Positions 47,554 to 57,193 of a stretch of DNA of 64,000 nucleotides are shown piece after piece. The notes under the pieces are model-generated. The model was not told the DNA's origin. It made no database searches and saw only the letters and a list, made by a program, of their open reading frames with translations. The stretch spans positions 1 to 64,000 of the IMG/VR virus record IMGVR_UViG_3300011113_000253; one strand, written 5' to 3'. The position numbers were made by a program, and so were the translations under genes. The DNA comes from a virus. Its lineage: Duplodnaviria > Caudoviricetes. How positions within the stretch are numbered: position 1 is the stretch's first letter; every line of letters begins with the position of its first letter.

Positions 47554-50382
47554 ATGGCAGCTTCATCATACAGATTTGTATCTCCAGGTGTTCAAGTACA
47601 GGAAATTGATAATTCAATTCGTACTTCAGATTCAGCACAAACTGGACCAACAATAATTGGCAGATTTGAGAAAGGTCCAGCAATGCGTCCTGTTTATGTC
47701 AATTCATTTTCTCAATTCTTACAAACATTTGGTAACCCAATTCCTGGCAATAACGGTACAGATGTATGGCGTGACGGAAATTACGTAGCACCAACATACG
47801 CTGCTTATGCCGCACAAGCTTGGCTTAGAAACACACCAGCCCTTAACGTCATTCGTCTAGTTGGTGTCGAACACACAAATGCAGTTGCTGCTGGTAAAGC
47901 TGGTTGGACAACAGACAATGCTTATACTGCTAACTCTTCTGGTGGTGGCGCATTTGGCTTATTTGTATACCCATCTGCTTCTGCTGGTACAGCCGTTACT
48001 GGTACTCTTGCTGCTATTTGGTATGTACAATCTGGTTCAGTACAACTTAAAGGATTTACTGCTGGTTCACCAATGAGTTTAAATCAAGGAACAAACTTAG
48101 TAGTTGCTTCAACAGTAGGCGGTTCTACAGCAGAATTCCAAGCTATCGTAACATATCCAGGTGGAACTTATACATCTAACTTTAATTTTGATAAAGATTC
48201 TGATAAATACATTAGAAAAGTTTTCAATACAAATCCAATACTTACAAATTCAGACATTACAACTGCTGACAATCTTGAATACTACTGGCTTGGTGAAACA
48301 TTTGAAAGAAGCTTGCTTGAGACATTTAGCACTCAAAATCCTTCTTACACACTTTCATCTGCTAATTGTTATGGTTTTATTTCTGCATTAACAAACGGAA
48401 CACAAGATGTTCGTGACCACAAAATTTCAGCAAGAGCAGCAAAAACTGGTTGGGTAATTGGTCAAGATTTAACAACTAATGCTGCATCTTTTAATCCTGC
48501 AAATCAACAAAAACTTTTCAGATTTGCAACACTTGATGCTGGTGAGTATGAACAGAAAAATTACAAGATTTCAATAGGTGACATTAAAGCACCAACAAAT
48601 GATTTTGATGATTATGGCACATTCTCTGTATTTATAAGAACAGCACAAGATACAGACATTAGACCACAATTAGTTGAAGCATTTACAAACGTAACACTTA
48701 ATCCAGGTTCTCCAAATTACATTGCAAGAGTAATTGGTGATAAATTTGTTCAATGGAGCGATACAGATAGAAGATTAAGAGAGTATGGTACTTACACTAA
48801 TAACTCTAAATACATCCGTGTTGAAATGAATGATGATGTAGACGCTGGTAACATTGATCCAACTTATCTTCCATTTGGTTTCTTTGGTCCTCCAAGATAC
48901 AAAAATTTCACAATAACAAGCGGATCTAATCCAACAATTGCTGCGCCTGTAACTGGTGGTTATGGACCAACTTATTCTGCTGGTACATTTGCTTTCACAG
49001 CAGCAAACGTAACTGCTTCTATTCAGTTCCCAAGATTTCCTCTTGTAACTTCTGCTTCTTATGCTGGTCTTAGCGATCCAACAAATGTTTACTTTGGTAT
49101 TAGAACAGATGATGGTGGAGCAAATAATGAATTTACAAATGCTTACTATGATTTAACAAGAGCAAACAAATACTCAACTTATAGCTTTACAAGTGAATCT
49201 TATCTTGAAGATTCTTTTGTATTCACACTTGATGATGTATCTGGCGCAGTTGCAGGTACAATAGGTGCTGTTTATGTATCTGGATCAAGACTAGCTGGTA
49301 CTTCATTGACAGCCGTAAATAGTGGATTTAGAGGAGTGCTTAATGAAGGTTATAATGGATTTACAATGCCACTCTTCAACGGTTTTGATGGCTTCGATGC
49401 TACAGAATCTGAACCATTAAGAAATTCATTAATAAGTACTGGTACACCAACTGAAACAACAAGCTACGTATACAATACATACAAGCGTGCAATCGATACT
49501 TGTTCAGACCCAGAAACATTAGTAACTGACATAATCACAGTTCCAGGTCTAACAAACACAGGTCTTACAAATCATCTTATCTCTACTTGCGAAGCTAGAG
49601 CAGATGCCCTTGCAATTATTGACCTTCCAAACGTATACAAACCAGAGGCCGAAGGTACTGCAACAACTAGACAAAGTAGATACCAAGGTACTGCTACTGC
49701 TGTTGCTAATGCTCTTAAAGGCAGAGGATTAAATAGCAGCTACGGCGCAACATACTATCCTTGGGTACAAGTTACTGATACTGTAAGTAATAGAGCTTTA
49801 TTTGTACCACCATCTGTTGTAGCTCTTGGTGCTATGTCCTATGGTCAAGCTACACAAGAACTTTGGTTTGCTCCAGCAGGATTTACTAGAGGTGGTTTAA
49901 CTGAAGGTCGTGGTGGTATTCCAGTAATAGGTGTTACTGAGAAACTTTCTTCTAAGGATCGTGATACTCTTTACGAAGCCAACATCAATCCTATCGCACA
50001 GTTTCCAGCAGAAGGTATTGTAATCTTTGGTCAAAAGACACTTCAAGTTACACCATCTGCTCTTGATAGAATTAATGTTCGTAGAATGATGATCTTTGTT
50101 AAGAGAGAAATTTCAAGAATTGCTTCAACTCTATTGTTTGATCAAAACGTAGATGTAACTTGGTCAAGATTCACAGGTCAAGTAAATCCATTCCTTGCTA
50201 CAGTTAAATCAAGATTGGGTCTTAGCGACTACCGTGTAATTCTTGATAAGACAACAACTACACCAGACTTAGTTGACAGAAACATAATGTACGCAAAAAT
50301 CTTCTTGAAACCAGCAAGAGCAATTGAATTCATTGCAATTGACTTTACAATAACTGATTCTGGTGCGTCATTTATAGATTAA
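47554..50382 (+). CDS. contractile tail sheath protein (gp18-like)
   Basis: FVSPGVQVQEID, YYPWV, WFAPAGFTRG, INPIA, GQKTLQ, LDRINVRR and KPARAIEFI. Confidence 0.95.
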   Translation: MAASSYRFVSPGVQVQEIDNSIRTSDSAQTGPTIIGRFEKGPAMRPVYVNSFSQFLQTFGNPIPGNNGTDVWRDGNYVAPTYAAYAAQAWLRNTPALNVIRLVGVEHTNAVAAGKAGWTTDNAYTANSSGGGAFGLFVYPSASAGTAVTGTLAAIWYVQSGSVQLKGFTAGSPMSLNQGTNLVVASTVGGSTAEFQAIVTYPGGTYTSNFNFDKDSDKYIRKVFNTNPILTNSDITTADNLEYYWLGETFERSLLETFSTQNPSYTLSSANCYGFISALTNGTQDVRDHKISARAAKTGWVIGQDLTTNAASFNPANQQKLFRFATLDAGEYEQKNYKISIGDIKAPTNDFDDYGTFSVFIRTAQDTDIRPQLVEAFTNVTLNPGSPNYIARVIGDKFVQWSDTDRRLREYGTYTNNSKYIRVEMNDDVDAGNIDPTYLPFGFFGPPRYKNFTITSGSNPTIAAPVTGGYGPTYSAGTFAFTAANVTASIQFPRFPLVTSASYAGLSDPTNVYFGIRTDDGGANNEFTNAYYDLTRANKYSTYSFTSESYLEDSFVFTLDDVSGAVAGTIGAVYVSGSRLAGTSLTAVNSGFRGVLNEGYNGFTMPLFNGFDGFDATESEPLRNSLISTGTPTETTSYVYNTYKRAIDTCSDPETLVTDIITVPGLTNTGLTNHLISTCEARADALAIIDLPNVYKPEAEGTATTRQSRYQGTATAVANALKGRGLNSSYGATYYPWVQVTDTVSNRALFVPPSVVALGAMSYGQATQELWFAPAGFTRGGLTEGRGGIPVIGVTEKLSSKDRDTLYEANINPIAQFPAEGIVIFGQKTLQVTPSALDRINVRRMMIFVKREISRIASTLLFDQNVDVTWSRFTGQVNPFLATVKSRLGLSDYRVILDKTTTTPDLVDRNIMYAKIFLKPARAIEFIAIDFTITDSGASFID

Positions 50383-50383
50383 T

Positions 50384-50393
50384 AACTATTTAT
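50384..50393 (+). promoter_or_regulatory. putative late promoter (AACTATTTAT)
   Basis: Between sheath and tube; GGAGGA RBS. Confidence 0.6.
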
Positions 50394-50418
50394 TAAAAAA
50401 GGTTGGAGGATTATTTAA

Positions 50419-51036
50419 ATGGCATTCTGGAATGAAGCAGCGTTAGAACCAAAAAGAAAGTTTAAGTTCTTAATTAGATTTGGAGCAGCATCTGATGATT
50501 TACCAAGTTTTATTGCAAAAAAATGCGATAAACCATCGTTTGACGTAACAGAATCTATACATGATTTCTTTGGTCATAAGTTTTATTATCCAGGTAGAGT
50601 AACTTGGAAAGAAGTAACAGCAACTGTAATAGATCCTGCTGGTTCTGCTGGTGGTGGAGATGATGATGCACGTACTCCAAACGGTCCAACAACTGACGTA
50701 GCAGATTCTATTTATAACGTTCTTCTTCGTGCTGGTTATCAATCCCCTACCGCTGCTGGTTCTGCACTTGCTGGTGGTGCTACTGGTTCTACTTTAAGAA
50801 CAATGGCAAAAGGTACGGCAACAAGACAATTTGATCAAATTCAAATTATTCAAGTTGATGCAAATGGTAATTCTCTTGAAACTTGGACTCTTAATAATGC
50901 TTGGTTAAAATCAGTAAACTTTGGTGGTCTTGATTATTCATCAGACGACATTAATGAGATTTCATTTACATTCAGATACGATTGGGCAGATCTACAAATA
51001 ACCCAAACCAGTTTTGATTCATCTGTAATACCATAA
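50419..51036 (+). CDS. tail tube protein (gp19-like)
   Basis: EPKRKFKF, YPGRVTW, WTLNNAW...FGGLDYSSD...FRYDW. Confidence 0.88.
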   Translation: MAFWNEAALEPKRKFKFLIRFGAASDDLPSFIAKKCDKPSFDVTESIHDFFGHKFYYPGRVTWKEVTATVIDPAGSAGGGDDDARTPNGPTTDVADSIYNVLLRAGYQSPTAAGSALAGGATGSTLRTMAKGTATRQFDQIQIIQVDANGNSLETWTLNNAWLKSVNFGGLDYSSDDINEISFTFRYDWADLQITQTSFDSSVIP

Positions 51037-51051
51037 TAATTGGAGTAATAA

Positions 51052-51642
51052 ATGTTTTGGTCCCAACGTGGAATTGAATTATCTAAAAAACATTTATTTA
51101 TTGCAGAGTTTTCTAATACAAATCAATTTGGTAAAGGTGGTTGGTCTGGTATTGCAAATGAGCAAAACATTAAGTTATTTGTAAAAAAGATTGATGCCCC
51201 TTCAATGAATCTTAATTTTGAAAGAGGTTTGGCTTCAAATTATGTTCACTATTTTCAACAAGGTGAAATTAATTGGGAGCCAATAAATGTTACATTTGTA
51301 GATACAGTAACAGAACAACAAGATCAAATTCCTAATTGGCAAAAAATGTTTACTGATTATTTGGCTTCTTCAACTGTTAATGGTGTAAATAGAACTGGTA
51401 TGTTAGACTTACCAATTTTCTGCAATGAAATAATAATTAGTTCTTATCAATCGATTGCAGTTGAAAAGCCAGTAACAACTGAGATAAAAGATTTATCTAT
51501 TTTATCAGAAAGAAAATTTAAAATTTTAAATCCAAGAATAACTAAAATTTCATTTGGTGCATACGATTATTCTTCCGATGAATCAAATGAGTTAAGTGTA
51601 ACATTTATACCAGAATGGTGTGAATTGTATAGCGTAGAATAA
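51052..51642 (+). CDS. second tube-fold protein (tube initiator / baseplate-tube junction)
   Basis: VKKIDAPS, GEINWEPINVTFVD and ISFGAYDYSSD parallel the tube protein. Confidence 0.65.
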   Translation: MFWSQRGIELSKKHLFIAEFSNTNQFGKGGWSGIANEQNIKLFVKKIDAPSMNLNFERGLASNYVHYFQQGEINWEPINVTFVDTVTEQQDQIPNWQKMFTDYLASSTVNGVNRTGMLDLPIFCNEIIISSYQSIAVEKPVTTEIKDLSILSERKFKILNPRITKISFGAYDYSSDESNELSVTFIPEWCELYSVE

Positions 51643-51656
51643 CAATAGAGTGAATA

Positions 51657-52505
51657 ATGAGAAATAACCTAGAAAGATTGGGTTTGGATACAAAAAGCCC
51701 ACAAGACGATAACGGTCCTGTTACGTCTGCATTAAATTTTGTAGTACCAACAGAAATTATAGATCTTCCATCAAAAGGTTTGTATTATCCAGAAGGACAC
51801 CCACTTTACGGTAAACAAACAATTGAAATAAGATACATGACAGCAAAAGATGAAGATACTTTGACAAACGTATCTCTTCTTAAGAAAGGTCTTGCATTAG
51901 AAAAAGTATTGCAAGACATTATTCTTGATAAATCAATAAGATCAGAACAATTACTTGTTGGTGATAAAAATGCAATAATTGTGGCAGCAAGAAAGTCTGC
52001 TTATGGTTCAGATTATCAAACAAAAATAACCTGTCCATCATGTGGTAAATCACAAGAGTATGAGTTTGATTTAAATTCTCTTAACATAAAAGAACCAGTA
52101 TCCGATGAAGAATTGAATGAGTCTAACATTGTAAGAACAGAAAACTGTACGTTTATGTTTAATCTTCCAATACTTAAAGTTCCAGTTGAATTAAAATTAA
52201 TGACAGGAAGAGATGAAAACTTCATAGCACAAAAAACAAGAGAAGCACAACAATTAAAGAAAGAATTAGATTCTTTAACTCTTCAACTAAGTGTTATGAT
52301 TAAATCAATAAACGGTAAAGAAGATAGACAAGTTATAACAGAAGCTTCTGCTCTTCTTCCAGCAAAAGATTCAAGAGCAATAAGAGAAGTTTATAAAATA
52401 ATAAGTCCAAATGTTGACTTATCTCATGATTTTGAATGTAAAGCTTGTTCTTACGAAACAAGGTTGGAGGTTCCGTTTACATCGGACTTTTTTTGGCCTA
52501 AGTGA
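51657..52505 (+). CDS. baseplate hub / tail assembly chaperone (gp26-like)
   Basis: LPSKGLYYP, MTAKDED, GDKNAI, CPSC and CKAC; ends DFFWP. Confidence 0.75.
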   Translation: MRNNLERLGLDTKSPQDDNGPVTSALNFVVPTEIIDLPSKGLYYPEGHPLYGKQTIEIRYMTAKDEDTLTNVSLLKKGLALEKVLQDIILDKSIRSEQLLVGDKNAIIVAARKSAYGSDYQTKITCPSCGKSQEYEFDLNSLNIKEPVSDEELNESNIVRTENCTFMFNLPILKVPVELKLMTGRDENFIAQKTREAQQLKKELDSLTLQLSVMIKSINGKEDRQVITEASALLPAKDSRAIREVYKIISPNVDLSHDFECKACSYETRLEVPFTSDFFWPK

Positions 52506-52680
52506 AGAATACCAAAAGGTTGTTTATGAACAATTCTTTATTTTAAAGTATCATGGTGGATGGTCGTTTATTGAAGCCTATAATCTACCAGTTGGTCTTA
52601 GAATGTGGTTTGTTGAAAGACTTGCAAAACAATTAAAAGATGAATCAGAAGCAATTGAAAAAGCTTCAAAGAAAAGATAA
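52486..52680 (+). CDS. probable frameshift extension of the chaperone (gp51-like domain)
   Basis: The +1 frame after the T7 run encodes FFGLSEEYQKVVYEQFFILKYHGGWSFIEAYNLPVGLRMWF and has no ATG of its own before this block. Confidence 0.65.
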   Translation, partial: TFFGLSEEYQKVVYEQFFILKYHGGWSFIEAYNLPVGLRMWFVERLAKQLKDESEAIEKASKKR

Positions 52681-52683
52681 TAC

Positions 52684-52710
52684 AAGGGGTTAACAGCCCC
52701 TTTATTTTTT
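52684..52710 (+). terminator. intrinsic terminator
   Basis: AAGGGGTT-AAC-AGCCCCTT followed by TATTTTTT. Confidence 0.7.
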
Positions 52711-52714
52711 AATA

Positions 52715-52724
52715 AACTATTTAA
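52715..52724 (+). promoter_or_regulatory. putative late promoter (AACTATTTAA), probably leaderless transcript
   Basis: CTATTTA ends at 52723, ATG at 52729. Confidence 0.55.
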
Positions 52725-52728
52725 TAAC

Positions 52729-53871
52729 ATGATAAAGATAATAATAAAAGAACAAAAAACAAAAGCTGGTACTGCCGCTGCTGGTACGCAAGCAATTAGA
52801 AGTTATTATAACCCACAAACTAAAATAAAGTCTAAATCACCTAAAGAAGAAACTCCTGTTACTGATACTGAATCTTCTCAATCACAACAAGAACCAGAAG
52901 AAACCAAACCAAAAGGTACTGTACCTTCCAACTGGAAACCAGAAATAGGAACAGAAATTCAATTAAAGGATGTTAAATACAAAGCAAATGCAAATGGTGG
53001 CTGGTTACCTAATGGTATAGGCTTACCTATACCTAAAACATCACCAATTTTTTCTACTTTAAATACTTTAGCTTATAACGAAGAACAAAAGAAAAAAGGT
53101 CAATCAACTTCTACAACTGCAATAACTGTACCTTTAGGTCCAGAAGATGCACCAACAGAGGAGGCTGCAACGCCAGTACCTGTAGAGGAAGTATCAGATG
53201 AAATTAACTATGTAGATTTATTGTCTCAAGTACAAAATTATGTTGATTTTAGAGATCAAAACAATCTTATAAATTTTGTTGAAAAAACAGTTGAATTTTT
53301 AAAATCTAACCAAAATTTTAAATCTGTTTATGAACAAATTGAAAATAAAATTCAACAATTATCAGATAAGATTTTTATGGATCAAAGAAAACAGCAAAGA
53401 AGACAAGATCTTGCTAATGATCTTGCTGGTCTTGTGTCTGAAGTGTTAGATCCAATTACTGGTTTATCTATCCTTTTAGGTACAATTAGTCTAGGTACTC
53501 TTATTGGAGGATTAAATTATAAAAGACTAAGAGCTAAATCAAATGAAACACCAGAGGGTAAGTATTTATTTTTATTAGGATTAGAAATTAAACTGCTTAT
53601 AATCAAGAGTATTATTGATGGAAATACAGACATTGAAACTTTAATAACAAATAAATTAGAACCAGATTTAAAAGAATTTAAAAAACCAAGTCTTAATTTA
53701 TTTAAACAAAAAAACTTACTTAAGCAAAAAATTGGACAATTAGAAAATTTAGCTAGTGAAGTACTTAGATTAATACATACTAAATCAAGGGAGCAAAGAC
53801 CTGACCATTTATCAGAATCAATTATAAACCGTTGGAAAGTCTTAGCAAACATAAAGAATAGTGAGGTTTAA
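52729..53871 (+). CDS. hypothetical protein with truncated leader, TM segment and scaffold-like C-terminus
   Basis: MIKIIIKE; ITGLSILLGTISLGTLIGG; ends LSESIINRWKVLANIK. Confidence 0.55.
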   Translation: MIKIIIKEQKTKAGTAAAGTQAIRSYYNPQTKIKSKSPKEETPVTDTESSQSQQEPEETKPKGTVPSNWKPEIGTEIQLKDVKYKANANGGWLPNGIGLPIPKTSPIFSTLNTLAYNEEQKKKGQSTSTTAITVPLGPEDAPTEEAATPVPVEEVSDEINYVDLLSQVQNYVDFRDQNNLINFVEKTVEFLKSNQNFKSVYEQIENKIQQLSDKIFMDQRKQQRRQDLANDLAGLVSEVLDPITGLSILLGTISLGTLIGGLNYKRLRAKSNETPEGKYLFLLGLEIKLLIIKSIIDGNTDIETLITNKLEPDLKEFKKPSLNLFKQKNLLKQKIGQLENLASEVLRLIHTKSREQRPDHLSESIINRWKVLANIKNSEV

Positions 53872-53873
53872 AA

Positions 53874-56042
53874 ATGGCAGACGACATAAATCTTATTATT
53901 GAAAGTTTAGTAGCAGCAATTTCACAAAAGGTACAACAAACATCTGGTGGTACTACTGCTACGCCTGTTTCGTCGGTTGACATAATTGGTAGTGCTTCAA
54001 GAGTAGAATACCTAGATAAAGAAATTGAAAAATTAAAATTACAACAACAGTTTATTAAATCAATTTATAATGATTCAGAATCTCTTGCACAACTTGAAAT
54101 AGAGAATGAATTAAAAAAAGCAGAAATAAATAAAAAAATTGCTGATGAATTACAAAGAATAAACAAACTAAAAAAAGATAATGGATCTATAAGTGAGAAT
54201 GATTTAGAAAATTTAAAGAAACTTTCTGGTGATCTAGATGAAATAGTGGAAACAGAAAAAGATTTTGGTAGAGCAAAAGGTGCTGGTAATAAATTAGGTA
54301 ATCTTCTTGGATTTGATGAAAGTAAAAAAAGCGATTTAGTTTATCAAATGTTCAAAAATCCAAAACAAGTATTTGGACAAGTTGGTGAAAGTATAGATAA
54401 GTTTGGTGGTGGTGTTAAAGGCACGTTTAGTATGATTGGTATTACACTTGCACAAGAAGTTGTAAAACAAACTATGGAGGCATTTAAACAATACGATCAA
54501 GCTGCTGCGTCATTATCAAAAGTAGCAGGAGCAAATGCACAATTACAATCTGTTTTAAACAACACAGCAAGAGGCGCAACTGCTTATGGTATTTCGTTTG
54601 CACAAGCTGGTAAAGCAATTGAAGGTTTGTATACAGAACTAAATACGTTCTCAAACCTTAATCAAAAAGTTCAAGAAGAATTAGTTGTATCTACTGCAAA
54701 ATTAGAAAAGCTTGGTATTTCATCTCAACAAAGTGCTAAACAAATTGCTAGTTTAACTCAAATAATGGGAATGACAGAATCTCAAGCTGCAAAGACTTCT
54801 GAGAAACTTGCTGGATTTGCTTTGGCTATAGGAAGATCACCAACACAAGTTGCATCTGATTTTGCTGCTGCTTCTGAAAGATTGGGTGGTTATGGCGACA
54901 AAATGCTTGATGTATTTAAAAATCTTGAAATTCAAGCAAAAGGAACTGGTGTTGCTCTTAATGATCTTCTTAGAATAACAGAAAAGTTTCAAACATTTGA
55001 AGGTGCTGCTACTGCTGCTGGTAAGCTTAATGCTGCTCTTGGTGGTGGTTTTGTTAATGCTATGGAACTTCTTGAAGCATCAGCAGAAGACCCATCAAGA
55101 GCAATTGATTTACTAAGAACAAGATTAAACGATGCAGGTTTAGCTTTTAATCAAATGTCTTTTTATGAAAAGAAATTAATAGCAGATGCTGGTAATTTCA
55201 AATCTGTTGAAGAAGCAAGTCGTATTTTATCAATGACAAATGCCGAAGCAGAAAGAGCAGCAGCGGCAGACGCAGAAAGAGCAAATCAACAACAATTATT
55301 AAATGATGCAATTCAAAGATCAATACCAATTCAAGAAAAAATACAATTACTAATGGCAAATTTAGCTATTGTTATGGGTCCAGTTGTTGATGCTGTTAGT
55401 GGATTGATTTCAATGTTTACAATGTTGGTTGATAATCCTATAGGTGGATTTTTACTTAAAATAGGTCTTGCTATTGGTTTAATTTTTACTCCTGTAGGGT
55501 GGTTAGGAGCAGCAATTTATGCACTAGGTTTAGCGTTTGAATACCTACATGACATAATTTTAAAACCACATTCTCCAATTTTGTTTGATGTTTTAAATGA
55601 GATGCCTAGCGTATTTGGTGGTATGACTTCTTCTCTAAGTGGTTTAGATGGTCAAATGAATAGAACACTAGGAAACATGAATAAGTTTGAAGGATCTGTA
55701 AAAGGTATTGCATCAAGCTTTGAAGCATTACCAGATAGTATTTCTGTAACAACTCCTCAACTTGATAAACTAAATACAAGTATGGAAGTAACAAGTAAAA
55801 TAACTGATGCAACTAAACAATCTGTTGATTCAATTAATAATCTAAATACAGAAAAAGCAAATCAACTTGTTAGCATTATGTCACCACAACAACCTAATGT
55901 TACCGTATCACCTATGATTAACCAACCTGCACCAGAAGTTAAAGTTTATTTAGGTAACGAACCAATAAAAGGTATTGTTAATAAAGTTATGAATGGTGGT
56001 TCTAATTTATCACCACAAGCACTTGGAGTACCATTAAAATAA
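53874..56042 (+). CDS. tape measure protein
   Basis: Ala/Gln-rich helical protein, KFQTFEGAATAAGKLNA, hydrophobic segment; located after the chaperone and before baseplate genes. Confidence 0.75.
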   Translation: MADDINLIIESLVAAISQKVQQTSGGTTATPVSSVDIIGSASRVEYLDKEIEKLKLQQQFIKSIYNDSESLAQLEIENELKKAEINKKIADELQRINKLKKDNGSISENDLENLKKLSGDLDEIVETEKDFGRAKGAGNKLGNLLGFDESKKSDLVYQMFKNPKQVFGQVGESIDKFGGGVKGTFSMIGITLAQEVVKQTMEAFKQYDQAAASLSKVAGANAQLQSVLNNTARGATAYGISFAQAGKAIEGLYTELNTFSNLNQKVQEELVVSTAKLEKLGISSQQSAKQIASLTQIMGMTESQAAKTSEKLAGFALAIGRSPTQVASDFAAASERLGGYGDKMLDVFKNLEIQAKGTGVALNDLLRITEKFQTFEGAATAAGKLNAALGGGFVNAMELLEASAEDPSRAIDLLRTRLNDAGLAFNQMSFYEKKLIADAGNFKSVEEASRILSMTNAEAERAAAADAERANQQQLLNDAIQRSIPIQEKIQLLMANLAIVMGPVVDAVSGLISMFTMLVDNPIGGFLLKIGLAIGLIFTPVGWLGAAIYALGLAFEYLHDIILKPHSPILFDVLNEMPSVFGGMTSSLSGLDGQMNRTLGNMNKFEGSVKGIASSFEALPDSISVTTPQLDKLNTSMEVTSKITDATKQSVDSINNLNTEKANQLVSIMSPQQPNVTVSPMINQPAPEVKVYLGNEPIKGIVNKVMNGGSNLSPQALGVPLK

Positions 56043-56054
56043 TGGAGAATAATA

Positions 56055-56849
56055 ATGGCTGACATTTATCCTGGTTTTGGAATTTTTGAAGGTGTAAAAG
56101 TAGGTTTACTAAAAGTATTTAGTATTACCTATGATTCTGAAATTCAGTTCCTTCCTTACGATTTAAGAATTACAGAAAGTTTAACACCAGAATGGAATCA
56201 AGAATCTGTTATTGGTAGAATGGACCCTATTGCTCGTTTTAAAAGAATGGGTAGAACAATGAACATTAATTTTAAAGCAAGAGCAAAAGAAGATTTAAAA
56301 GATGGAACTGCTTATCTTCCATACGATGATTTATTACATTGTGTAGACCATTTAAAAAGAGTTTGTTATCCAAGATACAATTCAAGTCAAGTTATGACCT
56401 CCCCACCATTATTTAGAATAAAACACGATCTAATACAAGCTGGAGAAAATACAAATGATTCTGGTGTATTATGTTACATTACAACAATAAAAGCAGATCC
56501 AGTTATGGAAAAGAATGCTGTATTTTACAAAACTGATGGAGCTTCAAACAATAAAATAGGTAATCTTACACAAGGTATTTATCCTAAAGCTTTTGACATA
56601 ACAATAGGTATTACAGTATTAAATGAAAATCTTGTAACTGATACAGACGGTAGAGTGATAGTAACAGGAACTTTAAATAAACGTTATTTTTACAACTTTA
56701 GTACAACTAATGGTCCCGCTGGTGGTCACGATGGATTTCATGCAGCCGCTGATGGAGCAGAAACAGCAACACCAGACACAAATGCTAATAGCCAAGGCAC
56801 ATCTAATCCAGAAGATGCTGCTGCTGCAAAGGTTATAGGAGGTAAATAA
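56055..56849 (+). CDS. baseplate/tube-associated protein
   Basis: PEWNQESVIGRMDPI..F..MGR and YPRY..SPPLFRI. Confidence 0.6.
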   Translation: MADIYPGFGIFEGVKVGLLKVFSITYDSEIQFLPYDLRITESLTPEWNQESVIGRMDPIARFKRMGRTMNINFKARAKEDLKDGTAYLPYDDLLHCVDHLKRVCYPRYNSSQVMTSPPLFRIKHDLIQAGENTNDSGVLCYITTIKADPVMEKNAVFYKTDGASNNKIGNLTQGIYPKAFDITIGITVLNENLVTDTDGRVIVTGTLNKRYFYNFSTTNGPAGGHDGFHAAADGAETATPDTNANSQGTSNPEDAAAAKVIGGK

Positions 56850-57190
56850 TGGCTACAAGATACTCTGGAAACGTTTTAAAAAGCACCTCCACAGACAATA
56901 CTTCATTAAAACAAGTTATTGAATCAAGAGGAAGAAAATTTATTGATCATTATTCAACTGCTAATTTGATTTATCCAACAGTTGAACAAATACAAATGTT
57001 AAGTTTTACCAATCATATTTGGAAGGCTGGTGATAAGTATTGGAAGTTATCATCTACTTATTATGGTGATCCAAAGTATTGGTGGATAATTGCATGGTAC
57101 AACAAAAAGCCAATTGAGGCTTCTTTGGCTGTTGGAGATGTTTTACAAATCCCACAACCTCTTGGTGATTTATTGGGAATGATAGGATAA
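56849..57190 (+). CDS. LysM-like baseplate wedge protein (gp53-like)
   Basis: GDKYWKLSSTYYGDPKYWWIIAWYN...GDVLQIP. Confidence 0.8.
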   Translation: MATRYSGNVLKSTSTDNTSLKQVIESRGRKFIDHYSTANLIYPTVEQIQMLSFTNHIWKAGDKYWKLSSTYYGDPKYWWIIAWYNKKPIEASLAVGDVLQIPQPLGDLLGMIG

Positions 57191-57193
57191 AAA

